Shown here piece by piece: positions 42,283 to 58,014 of a stretch of 64,000 bases of DNA (the first letter of the stretch is position 1; every line of letters starts with the position of its first letter). The stretch covers positions 82,150,001 through 82,214,000 of the forward strand of contig OZ024747.1 in assembly GCA_964016885.1 (NCBI GenBank), given 5' to 3'. The notes below the pieces were generated by a model. The model worked only from the letters and a program-made list of their open reading frames with translations. It ran no database searches and was not told the DNA's origin. A program made the position numbers and the translations under genes. This stretch comes from Eledone cirrhosa (taxonomy: Eukaryota).

Positions 42283-42881
42283 CCACCATCACCATCACAA
42301 CCACCATCACAACCACCATCACCATCACCACCGCCATCACAACCACCATCACCATCACTATCACAACCACCATCACCACCGCCATCACAACCACCATCAC
42401 CATCACCATCACAACCACCACCACCATCGCCATCACAGCCACCATCACCACCACCATCACAACCGCCATCACCATCACCATCACAACCACCATCACCACC
42501 GCCATCACAACCACCATCACCATCGCCATCACAACCACCACCACCATCACCACCATCATCATCACTATCATCATCATCACAACCACCGTTACCATCACAA
42601 CCACCATCATCATCATCACAACCACCATCACCATCGCTATTACCATCATCATCATCATCATCATCATCGCCATCATAACCACCACCACAATCACCACCAC
42701 CATCATCATCATCACTACCATCATAATCACAACCACCATCACCATCATAATCACCACCACCATCACCAACGCAGCCACCATCACCATCACCATCACAACC
42801 ACCACCACCACCACCACCACCACCACCACCATCATCATCACTACCATCACCATCACAACCACCATCACCATCGCCATCACA

Positions 42882-42912
<31 letters not shown>

Positions 42913-42946
42913 TCATCAGCGTCATCATTATCACCACCATCACCAC

Positions 42947-42977
<31 letters not shown>

Positions 42978-43050
42978 GTAATAATAGTAATAATAATAAT
43001 AACAATAATAACACCAATAACAATAACAACAACAACGACAACAACACACA
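42283..43050. repeat. (CAC/CAT)n followed by (AAT)n array
   Basis: Direct inspection. Confidence 0.9.
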
Positions 43051-43801
43051 CATTCGTAATAGTAATTGGTGTTGTTGCTGTTAATGTTACAGTTGTTATT
43101 GCGCTTTTCTTTTCTCTATTTATTTATATATTTATTATATATATCGTATTTAATACTGATATTGCTTTACATGTAATGTGAAGTTAGCAAAGGTAATCTG
43201 TGTGAAAAATAAAAGGGGGCAATTGTATGTCTAATGAAAGAGCTAAGTGAATGGGCTAATAATATTGTTTATTATCGCTTCGTCTCACAAACACAAAGAT
43301 TACGATATTTCAGACCAGATGAATTAACGCGATTCTTCTGAAATTTTCCTCTCGCTTATTTTATATTCACTTTGCTGTTCTGACCTGACAACAACAACAA
43401 CAAACAACAACAACAACAAACAACAACACCTGCAGCAACAACAACAGCAGCAACAGTAGCAGTAACACCAGTAGTAATATCAACAACTATGGAAACAATA
43501 TCATCGCCACCGCCACCACCACGAACAACAACAACAAACAACACCAACAGCAGCAACACCACCAGTAACACCAGCAGCAATAGCAACAACAGCAGCACCA
43601 AACACCAGCAGCAATAACACCACCAGCAACAGCAGCAGTAACACCAATAGTAATATTAACAACTATGGACAACTGAATCGTTTCTAGTCCAATCAAACGT
43701 GATTTGGTTCTAGTTTACAACGATTATAGATCTTTAGTGACGCGCTAAACGATGGACGTGTGTGTGTATGTGTATGCATGTGCATATATATATACATCAC
43801 A

Positions 43802-43896
<95 letters not shown>

Positions 43897-44409
43897 ATAT
43901 ATATATATGTATATATATATACATATATATACACACATATATATACACACATATATATATACACACATATAAATACACATATATATACACACGTATAAAT
44001 ACACTTATATTTACACACACACATATATATATATACACACACACACATATATATATATATACACACACACATATATATATATACATAGAGAGGAAAAGAG
44101 AGACAGAGTCAGAGATAGTGAGAGAGAGAGCAGGAGAAATAGATCGTGAGTGTCTTTTAATAAAAGCCAAGTGAGAATCAATGTTTCGCTTGCTGTTCTT
44201 TCTTCTTATTCTCTCCCCTTTCCACACTCTCCTCTTATTCAACGAGGCTATATGAAATAGTAAACGCTTATAGGTCTATTTATTGCCATTTTGGAAGCAG
44301 TCGGCAGAGAATTGCTTACTTTGATCTGTTAAACTGGCAAAGCAACTTTCAGTCCATATTTAGTGTCATAGACTATTTCATGATCAACATTGTGAATAAA
44401 GACGTATGT

Positions 44410-44464
<55 letters not shown>

Positions 44465-44472
44465 TCTCTCTC

Positions 44473-44548
<76 letters not shown>

Positions 44549-44657
44549 CATATATATATATATATATGTGTGTATGTGTCTGCAGGTGTATACGTACGTA
44601 TATGTACATACATATATATATATGTGCATATATATATGTATATATATATATGTGTGC

Positions 44658-45066
<409 letters not shown>

Positions 45067-45086
45067 TATATATATATATATATATG

Positions 45087-45161
<75 letters not shown>

Positions 45162-45192
45162 GTATATATATATATATATATATATGTGAGTG

Positions 45193-45265
<73 letters not shown>

Positions 45266-45386
45266 TTGTGTATTCGTATCTTCGACAACTGGCTGCTGCA
45301 ATAGCCAATGCTGTAAGAATGAATATCTCGAAAATACCCATGTAAAGGAAATTTGTGTATATTTGTCTTACAATAACCTCCAGACG

Positions 45387-45614
<228 letters not shown>

Positions 45615-45703
45615 ATATATATATATGATATATATATATATGATATATATAATATATATATATATACATTATATATATATATAATATATATATTTATATA
45701 TAA

Positions 45704-46238
45704 AGAAGTGGATACACAACAGTTAGTTCACCATACCGAGAACAATTGTTTCACCTTAGCGGATCCTCACCTTGTAATGGACATGATTATACGGAACAGG
45801 AAGGACAACCGTACGAACACGCATGCGCAGAAACGATCACTTCACACAGGGGAATACTAAATTGCGTGCGAAAGGTGTAAGTGAGATAACTCCGAAATGT
45901 TCTAGTTGATAAGAAAATTAGTAGGATGTTGTTGTAATTCAATCCGGAGCTTTGTAGTTATGTAAGAGGTGTTTCCAGACGTGTCAACAACGTGTGAAGA
46001 ATTCATTTCTCGTGTTTAGGCAATCACTATTGCGTAATCTCTTTAGAAAATGTATTCGTTTCTACGCATGCGCATATTTCCTGTTCCGTATAACCATGTC
46101 CATTACGAGCTGAGGATCCGCTAAGGTGAAACAATTGTTCTCGGTATGGTGAACTAACTGTTGTGTAACCACTTCTACCTAACTCGTCCTATGGACTGAG
46201 TGCTCTACCACTACGGATATTACCTTCCAGTCTTCTAC

Positions 46239-46242
<4 letters not shown>
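45704..46242. mobile_element. Fold-back cassette (~97-bp inverted arms) with hammerhead, between TA arrays
   Basis: 45704-45802 is the reverse complement of 46078-46177; the right arm continues into a ~65-nt tail. Confidence 0.85.
46106..46143 (+). ncRNA. Minimal type I hammerhead motif
   Basis: cgag-ctgagga-t-cc-gctaa-gg-t-gaaa-caattg-tt-ctcg; palindromic loop III, GUU site; stem II is weak; the left-arm copy has core gtgagga. Confidence 0.7.
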
Positions 46243-46300
<58 letters not shown>

Positions 46301-46412
46301 TATATATATATATATACATATATGTATATATATACATTATATATATATATATATATACATATATATATACATACATTATATAAGATCAGAAGATGGTTAA
46401 AAGAGTTCCAAG

Positions 46413-46483
46413 TATTTTATTATGCGCATTTCAAAAACAAATATCATCATGGGATGATATTTGCGTTCTCATCAGATAAAATA
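46413..46483 (-). ncRNA. Type I hammerhead ribozyme family A, intact core
   Basis: Minus strand: tattttat-ctgatga-gaacg-caaatatcatc-ccat-gatgatatttg-ttttt-gaaa-tgcgca-ta-ataaaata; 8-bp stem I, long stem II, palindromic stem/loop III, AUA site. Confidence 0.85.
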
Positions 46484-47055
46484 GGGAAACATGATATGAA
46501 GCTTAAAAAACACTTGTGAGCAATGAAGTTTTAAATCAACATATGAAAAATAAAGTAAGATGGATATATGAGATTGGGAAAAAAGGAGGGGGGTAGGAAA
46601 AGGTAAGGAAGCGGAAGAAAGAAAATAAAGGATGATGGGGGAGGAGTATAAGAAGGAAGGATGAGAGAGGAGGAGAAATGAGTGATAGAGAGAGAGAAAT
46701 AGCCTTTACAACTGAGAAAATATTGTCTCACAGAGAGAAAATTAAAAAAACCGTTGGAAGATAATAGATAATTTAAAAAGATTTTGGAATTAAAAGTTAA
46801 TGAGGTTTATGGATGTTGATGTTTATGATTAAAGAAAAAGGAATTAAGAATAGTATTAATTTAAGTTTTATATATTGAAGGGTTTAATAATATGTGCGAA
46901 AAAAAAAAGAATTTATTAATATATATTATTAAAATAAAAATATTAATGATATCAAGGATATAATGTGAAAGAAGGAGAAGAATAAATGAATTATGTATTT
47001 AGAGGAATTAGTTAGGGTTTAAGTTTGTTTTTATGTATTGTAATATGTAAAAGTA

Positions 47056-47250
47056 AATAATTGTTTCTACTTTTGGCACAAGGCCAGCAATTACCCAGTG
47101 TATTACTGGTACTTTATTTTATCGACCCCATAAGGATGAAAGGCAAAGTTAACCTCGGCAGGATTTGAACTCAGAATGGCAAGGGCCGTAACTCTATGCG
47201 TCAAAGCATGTCGTCCGACCCCCTACCGATACTGCCAATCCACCGCCCTT
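47056..47250 (-). mobile_element. SINE type A with 17-bp TSD
   Basis: atgtaaaagtaaataat at 47045-47061 and 47252-47268. Confidence 0.9.
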
Positions 47251-47960
47251 AATGTAAAAGTAAATAATAGGTTTAAAACGAGCACTGAAGGAGAAAAAAA
47301 AAAGAGAATTTAAGGTAGAAAAAATATCTAACGTCAAAAGGTATATGTTTACAAACATTTTCTAATGGTAATATTATTATATATTAAAAAATATAGTTTC
47401 TATGGCCAATAATATGAGGAAAAATGGAAAAATGGAAAATGCTGTAGTGCGTAATAATATGAATTGAGAGGTAATTGGGAAGTAAAAGTTACAGATTAAA
47501 GATTAGAAATTAAAAAAGAAAAAAAGGCAAGAAAGGAAAAAAGGATAAAAAAGAAGAAAAATAGGGGACCGCTAACGACATAGAATGAGTAAATTATATA
47601 ATATAATATACTGAAATAAGGTAGAACGATGGGTATATTTGTAATAGATATAAAAGCCTTTGAGAAAAAGAAGATTTTAAACTAATTATGTATTGAGATA
47701 TTAGCTGTATACTTTATGGAAAGTTCTATGGGATTTATGCAAGCAGAGCGAGAATAAATCCGTACGTCTATTTATTATAGAATTAAAATTAGATATAATT
47801 TTAATTAACCATCTTCTGATCTTATATTATTTATACTCCAGTCCTATAAACTGTGGAGTGCTACTTATCCGATATTTGCATCGCTTTATTGTGCTACAAT
47901 AAAACTCACCTCCTACATACATTATATATATATATACATTATATGTATATATATACATAC

Positions 47961-47999
<39 letters not shown>

Positions 48000-48233
48000 G
48001 ACCAAAGATTAATATGGTTCATTGATTACTCAATGAATACAGTTTTACAATAGGTTAAAAGCACTCAACAAGTAAGTTTTCCTGGAGTTTTTAATATTAT
48101 TCAAAATATTAACAAATGAAGATATTCACATAATCAAAATATATTCTTTATTATATATATTTCTTTTATTACTGCCAGTACAGGAATTGAAATATCAAGA
48201 CCGTAGAGGTATGTCATATATCAAATCATATAT

Positions 48234-48293
48234 TTTATCTGACGAGGACGTAGTTAAAAAACAACACAGTACATTCGAAATATAAAGAATAAA
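48234..48293 (+). ncRNA. Degenerate hammerhead motif
   Basis: tttat-ctgacga-ggacgta...tacattc-gaaa-tataaaga-ataaa; the UH cleavage site is lost. Confidence 0.5.
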
Positions 48294-48533
48294 GCATATA
48301 TTTTGTTAATATTTTGAATAATATTATATATATATATACATATATATATATACACATATATATATTTACATTATATATATATGTATATATACATATATAT
48401 ACACACACATATATATATACATATATATATGTATGTATATACATACACATATATATATATATATATATACATACATATATATATGCACATATATATATAT
48501 ATATACATACATATATATATATGCACATATATA

Positions 48534-49954
48534 CAGTGCCCCGCAAAAGTTTACAACACATTAGGAAAAATGCGGTTTTAGGTATTTTTAATAAAGTTAG
48601 GGTAATGAAAATTTAACTAGTGATAGAACATATAATGAGGCATTTAATGATACAATCATAGTTTTAAAAGAATAACAAGGAAATAACTCATGAAGAAAAA
48701 TCAATATTTTTATAACGCAAAAGTTTACAACACATTTATTAAATCATCTCTTAATATTTCGTAGCGTAACCTTTGTTGCTAATTACAGCCTGTAGGCGTT
48801 TGGAGTAGCCTCCTACAAACTTCTTGCATGTTTCTTGGCTAATATTTATCCATTCTTCACAACAAATTTTCTTTAGTTCAGGGATATTTTGGGGTTTCCT
48901 TTTTTGAATTCTCTCCACAAATTTTCGATCGGGTTAAGATCTGGAGACTGACATGGTCATTTTAGAACATTTATTCCATTCGTACTTAACCAAGATTGTG
49001 TTAGCTTTGCAGTATGCTTTGGATTGTTATCTTGTTGAAAAAACCAACCTGGCTTTAAGCTGAGAGAATGTACACTTTGATGTAAATTCCTTTGGAAAAT
49101 ACCTCTATAAGTGCCACCCATTCTTCCTTCTATTATTTCAATATTTCCTACTCCTGTGGCACTAAAGCAACCCCAGACCATGATTGATCCACCTCCAAAT
49201 TTTACAGTTGGATTAGTATTCTTCAGCGAATATTCAGTAACTTTCTTTCTCCAGACTTTTGCCACAGCATTTCGACCAAAATGTTCAATTTTTGTTTCGT
49301 CCGACTAAAGTACATCTTCCCAAAATGACGCAGGTTTGATGAGATGCTCATTTGCAAAGTTTAATCGACGAAGAACGTGTTTCCTCGTAAGAAGTAGTGT
49401 TTTCCTTGGAGACCTCGAGAAGATATTATATCGACGAAGTGAACAACTAATTGTATCTGTGCTCACTTTTACTCCACTTTCTTCTAGGTCATCCTGAAGA
49501 TTTTTAAGAGTACACCGGGGTTCGTTGCCAAACTTTCTCGTCAATAACCGAGCTGCACGTTATCTTTCTAGGACAACCAGAACTAATTAGAGGACAGATG
49601 GAATGATGAGATTTCCAGTGACGAATTATTGTACCAACTGAACTCAATGGCACATTTAACTGACAAGATATCTTTCTATAACCAACACCATTTGTATGAA
49701 GGTCTACAATGCGTTTACAGAGGTCTTGATCAATCAGTTTATTTTTCCCCATATTTTCCATGTTTACAGGACGGTTGTCAATGTTTACAGGATGGTTGTC
49801 AGACAAATAATGATGTAATGTTTTTAATAGTCCTTAGAAGTTACCTTAAACCTAATCTAGAACATTCTACTGAATTTTAAATCTGAAAATTTAAGAATTT
49901 TCTTAAAAAAAAGCGATAAATATGAAATGTGTTGTAAACTTTTGCGGGGCACTG
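48534..49954 (-). mobile_element. Tc1-family DNA transposon (1421 bp)
   Basis: 29-bp TIR cagtgccccgcaaaagtttacaacacatt, TA flanks, transposase remnant. Confidence 0.95.
48751..49752 (-). pseudogene. Tc1 DDE transposase, frameshifted with stops
   Basis: MGKNKLIDQDL...GVGYRKIS (HTH); FWEDVL*SDETK; PTVKFGGGSIMVWGCF; FQQDNNPKHTA; SPDLNPIENLW; GYATKY*. Confidence 0.9.
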
Positions 49955-49969
49955 TATATATATATATAT

Positions 49970-50060
<91 letters not shown>

Positions 50061-50615
50061 CATACATATATATATACATATATATATATACATACATATA
50101 TACATATATACATACATATATATACATATATATACATATATATATATATACATATATATATATACACATATATATATATATACATATATATACATATATA
50201 TACATACATATATATACATACACATATATACATATATATATATATACATACATATATATACATATATATACATATATATATATACATATATATACATATA
50301 TATATATACATATATATACATATATATATATACATATATATATATATACATGTATATATACATATATATGTATATACATATATATATACATATATATATA
50401 CATATATATATATGTATATATACGTATATATACATATATATATATATATACACACATATATATACATATATATATGTATGTATATACATACATATATATA
50501 TATACATACATATATATATGCACATATATATATATACATACATATATATATGCACATATATATATATATATACATATATATATATGCACATATATATACA
50601 TATATACATACATAT

Positions 50616-50664
<49 letters not shown>

Positions 50665-50845
50665 TATACATATATATATACATATATATATACATATATA
50701 TATATATACATACATATATACATATAAACATACATATATATACATATATATATATATATACACACATATATATATACACATATATATATACATATATATA
50801 TACATATATTTACATACATATATATACATACACATATATATATAC

Positions 50846-50932
<87 letters not shown>

Positions 50933-50942
50933 CATATATATG

Positions 50943-51014
<72 letters not shown>

Positions 51015-51025
51015 CATATATATAC

Positions 51026-51077
<52 letters not shown>

Positions 51078-51240
51078 ACACATATATATAGAGATAGATA
51101 TATATATATACACATACACACATATATATAGAGATAGATATATATATATACACATACACACATATATATAGAGATAGATATATATATATACACATACACA
51201 CATATATATAGAGATAGATAGATAGATACAGTTAAACATA
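49955..51240. repeat. (TA)n/(TACA) array
   Basis: Direct inspection. Confidence 0.95.
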
Positions 51241-51588
51241 TATGAGTGTGTGTGTATTCATTTAAATACACGCATACAATTGTGTATGTGTGTATATATA
51301 TATATAAACAGATAAATAGATAGATACATAGATAAATATGGGTGTGCATACGTGTGTGTGATTGCAATTGACAGTGTGTGTATCTGTGGTTACAATGAAC
51401 GAATTTTCGGACTATTGATTACACAATGAAAATTATATTTGCATTACTAACGTTATAAAAATATTCATGAGAGTCAATTGCCTACGTCATACTTAAGAGA
51501 ACCAATAAAATCACTGCTAAAGATAGAATAGCATAGAACCGTTAAATATTGGTTGGAAATGTTTGTAGTCAAACTACCAGTTGTGCTA

Positions 51589-51784
51589 CAGATCTGCCAA
51601 CCACTAAAACCCAAACTGGGAGTACCATGAAAGAAAGTGCCCCGAAATAGTGAGAAATGAGGGAAAATGGAGAGATTTTTATACATAACAAAGCTATACC
51701 CATTTTCACAAGAGAAGACATCTCCCACCCATCTCAAAGTGGGTGGGAGATATCACCGTCAGACAGGGAGAGTTGACAGGTCTG
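51589..51784. mobile_element. MITE copy 2 (same family as 11347-11539)
   Basis: TIR cagatctgccaac / gttgacaggtctg; shared internal aaagctatacccattttcacaagagaagacatctc. Confidence 0.75.
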
Positions 51785-52619
51785 TCGTATTACTTTAAAA
51801 TAATTGTTCCCCTTCCTAGACACAATATTTATTGGAAAGGATTATAAGAAAATAGAATGTACTTTGTTTTAAAGAGTGTGTTAATAGATAATAAAGAATG
51901 GTTTCCCAAAATCCCACCTCTACATTACGACAGAAGACCTCATTTTAGTGCAGTGGTATAGTCGATGCTAATTGCCGACTGGTAACAATTTTCTCGGCTG
52001 TAGAAGGATGAAATACAATATTTCCCTAGGGAGCCTGTCAGCCCAGAACGTAAATAGACGTATCTTGTTGCCAAGTCTTGATCCATCAAAATGAAACGTT
52101 TCTCCATGGTTTAGTCTATACAGATAACAACTAATTAATGGAAATTGCTTCAGCTTATCACCATCTAAGGCAGAAATCCCCAAACGTTGTAGACCATCAG
52201 CACATTGATGGGATGCTTGAACCCTCATTATTCCCTGGCTCGCACAAAATTAAGTAAATACATCATTAAATAGAATATTACATAAACAAACAATTAATGC
52301 AGCCAGTTTCCCAACACAACTTGAACTTGCAATTATATTATTTTAAGTATTTTTATTTCTCATATACTGTAAATGTCAAGTTTTCGTCCAAACATTCGAT
52401 GGGCCCCTTTTGATAGTAACATCGACGCTTCGGATACTAGCCACTTTGAGAGACTCTAATTTTAGCCAAAATTACTAAAATTCAAGTTAATTCACTTTGG
52501 AGACTTCAAGTAACCTACGAGCATATAATATTTTGACTTGTATACGAAGGGTAGAATATTTAACGCTGGCATTTTTGTAGCTCGCCTATACAACAGATAT
52601 TTCTTAGGGACAGACAATC

Positions 52620-52745
52620 ATAGCCGTCTTAATAGCTTTAGTGGTTTGTGGGTAACGTAAATACTGGGGACTCTACATGCACAACCATAGACCCGGTGGG
52701 CCTTCATGCAATTGCACAATATCCCCAAGTCTTAAGACGGCACAG
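52620..52745. mobile_element. Possible short MITE
   Basis: gccgtcttaa / ttaagacggc terminal inverted match only; no TSD identified. Confidence 0.4.
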
Positions 52746-53165
52746 CAGACAAAAATATGCTTGCAATAAATATTGTCTTCTCTGTACTTAATTAGCATTG
52801 TTCCTACTACTCTGGAGTTATCAGAATGTGTTCCTACGAAATATCAATTATATTTATCAGTTGTTTGAATGGCAAAACTTACGAAATGACCACTAAACAT
52901 AAAAACAAACAATGGAATCAGTTATTACAAATTATGAAAATGAATCAAATGATTTTTCTTCTTCAAAACGCAGCTAATATGCAGCTTGTGAAATTATTGC
53001 TAAGACAGACAGAAATCATAATCACTTTCGATTTAAACGATGGATAATCAATCAGTGTTAGGCCAACAATCAATACTTGCTTTCTAATACATTATTTCGA
53101 TTCCCAGTGATTGATACTTCTCATTTGTAACTGCCTTGCTATTTGACTTTTTGTGTTAATGGAAA

Positions 53166-53390
53166 ATAATGGTTTCTGATTTAGACACAAGGCCAGCAAT
53201 TTTGGGGGAGGGGAAAGTCGATTAAATCGACGCCAGTGAATGACTGGTACTTTATTTTATCGACCACGTAAGGATGAAAGGCAAAGTTAACCTCAGCGGG
53301 ATTTGAACTCAGAACGTAAAGAGTCGTAACTTGGTGCTACAAAGTATAGTGTCCGACGCTCTACCGATACTACCAATCCGTTACCCTTGT
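53166..53390 (-). mobile_element. SINE type A (long tail variant) with 16-bp TSD
   Basis: ttaatggaaaataatg at 53156-53171 and 53392-53407. Confidence 0.9.
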
Positions 53391-54527
53391 ATTAATGGAA
53401 AATAATGAACACCAATACTTGATCATGGCTACTTAAATTAGGCAACTACAAGGAAAGATTTTCTCGCCATACATTATTTGTAAGCAAGGTATCTCAACTC
53501 GCCCGGCGCTTTCCTCCTTTCCTAGAAGCAAAAATAATCACCAAAATTTCAATTCTCTTCACTGTGTAGGGCACAGTTTCACCACATATCTAACAAAACA
53601 TTTACACAAAACATTTCAAATTAGATAATTACTACATTATAGCAACGCCCTAATTAATTAGTAGGCTGGGAAAATTAAATCAAGCAAATTTTTACACTCA
53701 TTAGCTAATTATTCACAAAGTTCTTTTTAGTTTCTCTGCTTTGTTTATAATTTAATTTGCATGTTCCCTTTACTTTAATAATAAGAAGGGGGATGTAAAA
53801 GCGAACCCCCGTGTCTCTTTTACTTTAATAGCATATAATTAGTTCGGTAAATCATTGATTTGTGTTAAAATTCTTACGTGATCAACTTTATTTCTCATCT
53901 CTCCGGAATGATAAATTAAACAGCAGTGTTAACTGGTGTTAATACGTCTGTCTATATACCCTGCTATATATAAAATGTGTCATTGTGCCACGACAAAATA
54001 TATAGACCGGCTCCCCCATTACCGTCATGGTTAGGTTTTACAAAGCCACTGAAACAACGTTAAGTAAAATAAGGTTTATGTTCTTTCATAGTTTAACCAA
54101 GCCACAGAAGCCACCAGTCTATGCGATACAACGTTATTTGTTTTAAAGTAATTATATTTATCTAAAAACATTCCATCATAATTTTATGTAATAATCTTTA
54201 TTAAGTTATGCTCTAAACACCAAATGAATAATGAGAATGTTATTTATATTATTAATCCTTCGAAATACTTGATTATATGCGAAATTATTTGAAACGCATA
54301 ATCAGTGTTTTTCATTAAAGTTATGTTAACGATAAGGAACAGATTGTATTCGGGTCTAAATGTACAAAACTCTACTATTATATTGACTTCAATAGAAATA
54401 AGATATAAACCCAAATAAATAGAAATACCAACCTAACACTTCTTATTCTGGAAAGAAATGAACCTGAGGAAATATCACCCCCTTTGCCATCTTCAAAATT
54501 ATTTGTGGGAAATGAAAATACATACAT

Positions 54528-54571
<44 letters not shown>

Positions 54572-54836
54572 AGGTAGTAATAAGGTAGTAATAAGGTAGT
54601 AATAAATTAATAAATTAAGGTAGTAATAAAGTAGTAATAAATTACTGTCTTTCACTGTATATATAACTATAAAAAGTTTTAGTATATACATAACCATAAA
54701 TAGTATCCTTAATACTATATATATATATTTCGTTTCTGTGTTTCATGTGTGTATATATATATATATATATATACACACATGAGCGTATGTATACTCTTGT
54801 GAGTAATGATCTAACTAGTTTTAAGCTGGTTCTATC

Positions 54837-54916
<80 letters not shown>

Positions 54917-55925
54917 TATATGTCCAGAAATAGCCGTCGAAACGGCTTGAGCTCTGCCGTCGGGGTCATATTTGTTCCTATTACCCACTCTACTACACTA
55001 AGTATTGAGTACTTTAGTGCGTTATGATCCATCTGGTTCCTTACCACAATTCCTTCGTTATACACACATATATGTATATATATTATACACATACACATAT
55101 GTGTGTGTGTGTGTGTGTAAAATGTTTACCAAACCGTTAATTTGTTATGAGATTAAATTTTCTTCGGAGCCGTCGCCTATAATTTACTTAAATGTTTAAA
55201 CAACTGAAAATGTTTACTAAATCTATTATTTAGTTGTGTCTAATATTCCCAACAGTTCGAAAACGATTACCTTCTCTTTGTTTGGGTTCTGAAGTACTTT
55301 TAAATGGTTCCTAAAATATCATTCTCACTTCTCTGTGTTTTGTCTAACATCTATCACGAGTATGTTCAAATTGTCATCGTTCAAATTGTCATCGTTCGCA
55401 TTTGATTTCTCCATGGTATCACTAGATTTAACGCCATGTGAAATATATCCTCTTTTCAGTTGACATTCGAAAAGATAAATACTGTATTTTGTAATTTAGT
55501 GTTGTTTGTCTACAATTTTTAAGGGTAGGAAATAGTTAAAGAGCAATGAAACTATCACATATATGTAAATATGTGTGTGTTTGTGTGTATGTATATATAT
55601 ATATATATATAAACCCAAATAAACAGACATATATATAGACATTGTCCTGTGTCCCCCCACCATTTGGTCTGTTTACCTGTTTTTTCTCTTTCTTCCTCTC
55701 TCCTCACTACTTTTCCCTCTTTTCTTTTCATTTTTTCTTTTCTTTCCCTCCTAGCCTTTCCATCGATAAAAGGCCTTGGGCGCACCGCTGATCGGTTTTA
55801 GATGTCCTGTATTACGCGCCGAAACATCTATGATCTCGGTTTACAGCTGATGAAGGATTTCTTCTCTTGTTCCGTCCATAATACCATCTTAAACTTTGTT
55901 TACAGTAACCACACAGCTCATTTCG

Positions 55926-56022
<97 letters not shown>

Positions 56023-56179
56023 CATATATATATAGGCGTGTATATATATATATATATGTGTGTGTGTGAATAAGTGTGTGTGTGCGTATGTATGTGTATA
56101 TATATATGTACAGGATGTCCCCCAAAAAAGGTATACACACATTTTTGGTAAACCCTATACATATATATATATATATATA

Positions 56180-56214
<35 letters not shown>

Positions 56215-56321
56215 ATAATAATAAATTTGAAGACTAAAATCCAAAGAGGGCTCGATAAGGATAAATATATATCAAATATATAAGAACTTTAATCTGTTAT
56301 TTTAATAAATATATATATATA

Positions 56322-56413
<92 letters not shown>

Positions 56414-56790
56414 TACATAGTTACATATATATATATATATACACATACAAACAAGGAGAGATATGTGCTCAGCAGAACTAACGTCAACCCACCTACAAAC
56501 CAAACCAGTAACCATCTTTCTTTCTGTACAGATACAAGCTCATGCACGGAATACAAATAACAAAAGCACCGACAACAACTTTAGTTACAACACCAACAAA
56601 ATAATGTCTTTGAAGTACTTATTGATTGTTCTAGTGAAACTATAAATCTCCACAATATTCCAATTAGATAATAAATATAAACTATATGAAAACATTAAGT
56701 AGCTTTCTTTAGAGACAGCGATCCATTAATTATTGAATATAGTAAGAAGAAAAAATGTGAAACTAAACTACAGCATGAATGTGTGTGTAT

Positions 56791-56843
<53 letters not shown>

Positions 56844-56903
56844 GTGTATATATATAATGCACATGTACATATACACATATATATATAATACATGCATACA
56901 TAT

Positions 56904-56939
<36 letters not shown>

Positions 56940-57397
56940 CACACACACACACACACACACTTTTATATTATACATACATACACGCACACAAATATATATA
57001 TGTATATTATACACATGTATATACACACATACACATATTATATTATACACATACACATAAACACATGCATATATATATATATGAACGAGAGAGAGAGAGT
57101 GTGTGTGTGGGAGGGGGCGTTCGTGTGTGTGCATGTGCGCGCGCGCGTGTGTGTGTTTGTGTGTGTTTATACATACACATATTTGTAAATTTAAATTTCC
57201 TGCATGCATATAAACATATACAAATTAATATAAAAAAAAACTAATTGCACAAATGCATGATGGAGTCAACACACACACATAGGGAAGACTAGCATATTAT
57301 TTCATGTTTCTATTCACATATATATCTACTGTGTATGGTCCCACTAAAGATAAACAGGCTATCACAGAAACATGTATAGTTGTTCCGATAAATTACG

Positions 57398-57453
<56 letters not shown>

Positions 57454-57776
57454 TCACACACACACACACATGTTGATATTTATGTATATAACCATATATA
57501 TATATATATGTATAAATATTTGTATGTATGCATATATATATATATATATATGTATCTATATGTATGCATATATCTATATATGTGTGTGTGTGTGTATGTA
57601 TATTTATATAGATATATATATGTGTGTGTATATATGTATGTATATATATATATATATACGTATATATATATGCGTATATTTATATGTATATGTATGTATA
57701 TTTATATATATTTACGACATACATATACATACTCTCTCACACACACACATGTGGATGCATATATCTATATATATAT

Positions 57777-57970
57777 ATATTTATTAAAATAACAGATTAA
57801 AGTTTAAGCAAAGAATCGCTGCTTTCACCCTTAAGTGTGAAAGCAGCGATTCTTTGCTTAAACTTTAATCTGTTATTTTAATAAATATTTGCTCTACGGT
57901 TCTTATATATTTGATATATATTTTCCTTATCGAGCCCTCTTTGGATTTTAGTCTTCAATTTTATTATTAT

Positions 57971-57975
<5 letters not shown>
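57777..57975 (+). mobile_element. Fold-back cassette: perfect 52-bp hairpin plus tail; family also at 2022 and 56210
   Basis: Arms 57777-57828 and 57837-57888, loop ccttaagt; (TA)n on both sides. Confidence 0.8.

Positions 57976-58014
<39 letters not shown>

Larger units (their letters stand above)
46380..47917. mobile_element. Penelope-like element family A, longest copy (minus-strand body and hammerhead, plus-strand tail)
   Basis: aagatcagaagatggttaa (46382-46400) is inverted at 47805-47823; decayed AT-rich body; (TA)n on both sides. Confidence 0.7.

Noticed and set aside
42169-43084. Pro/Ser-, His- or Gly/Asp-rich ORFs, and similar ones at 33078, 39567 and 40043
   Set aside because: Trinucleotide arrays are open in most frames; there is no splice or domain evidence.
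55760-55860. ggcgc/gcgcc-gaaa-catc..gatc-tc and a nearby ctgatga
   Set aside because: I could not assemble a consistent hammerhead topology.
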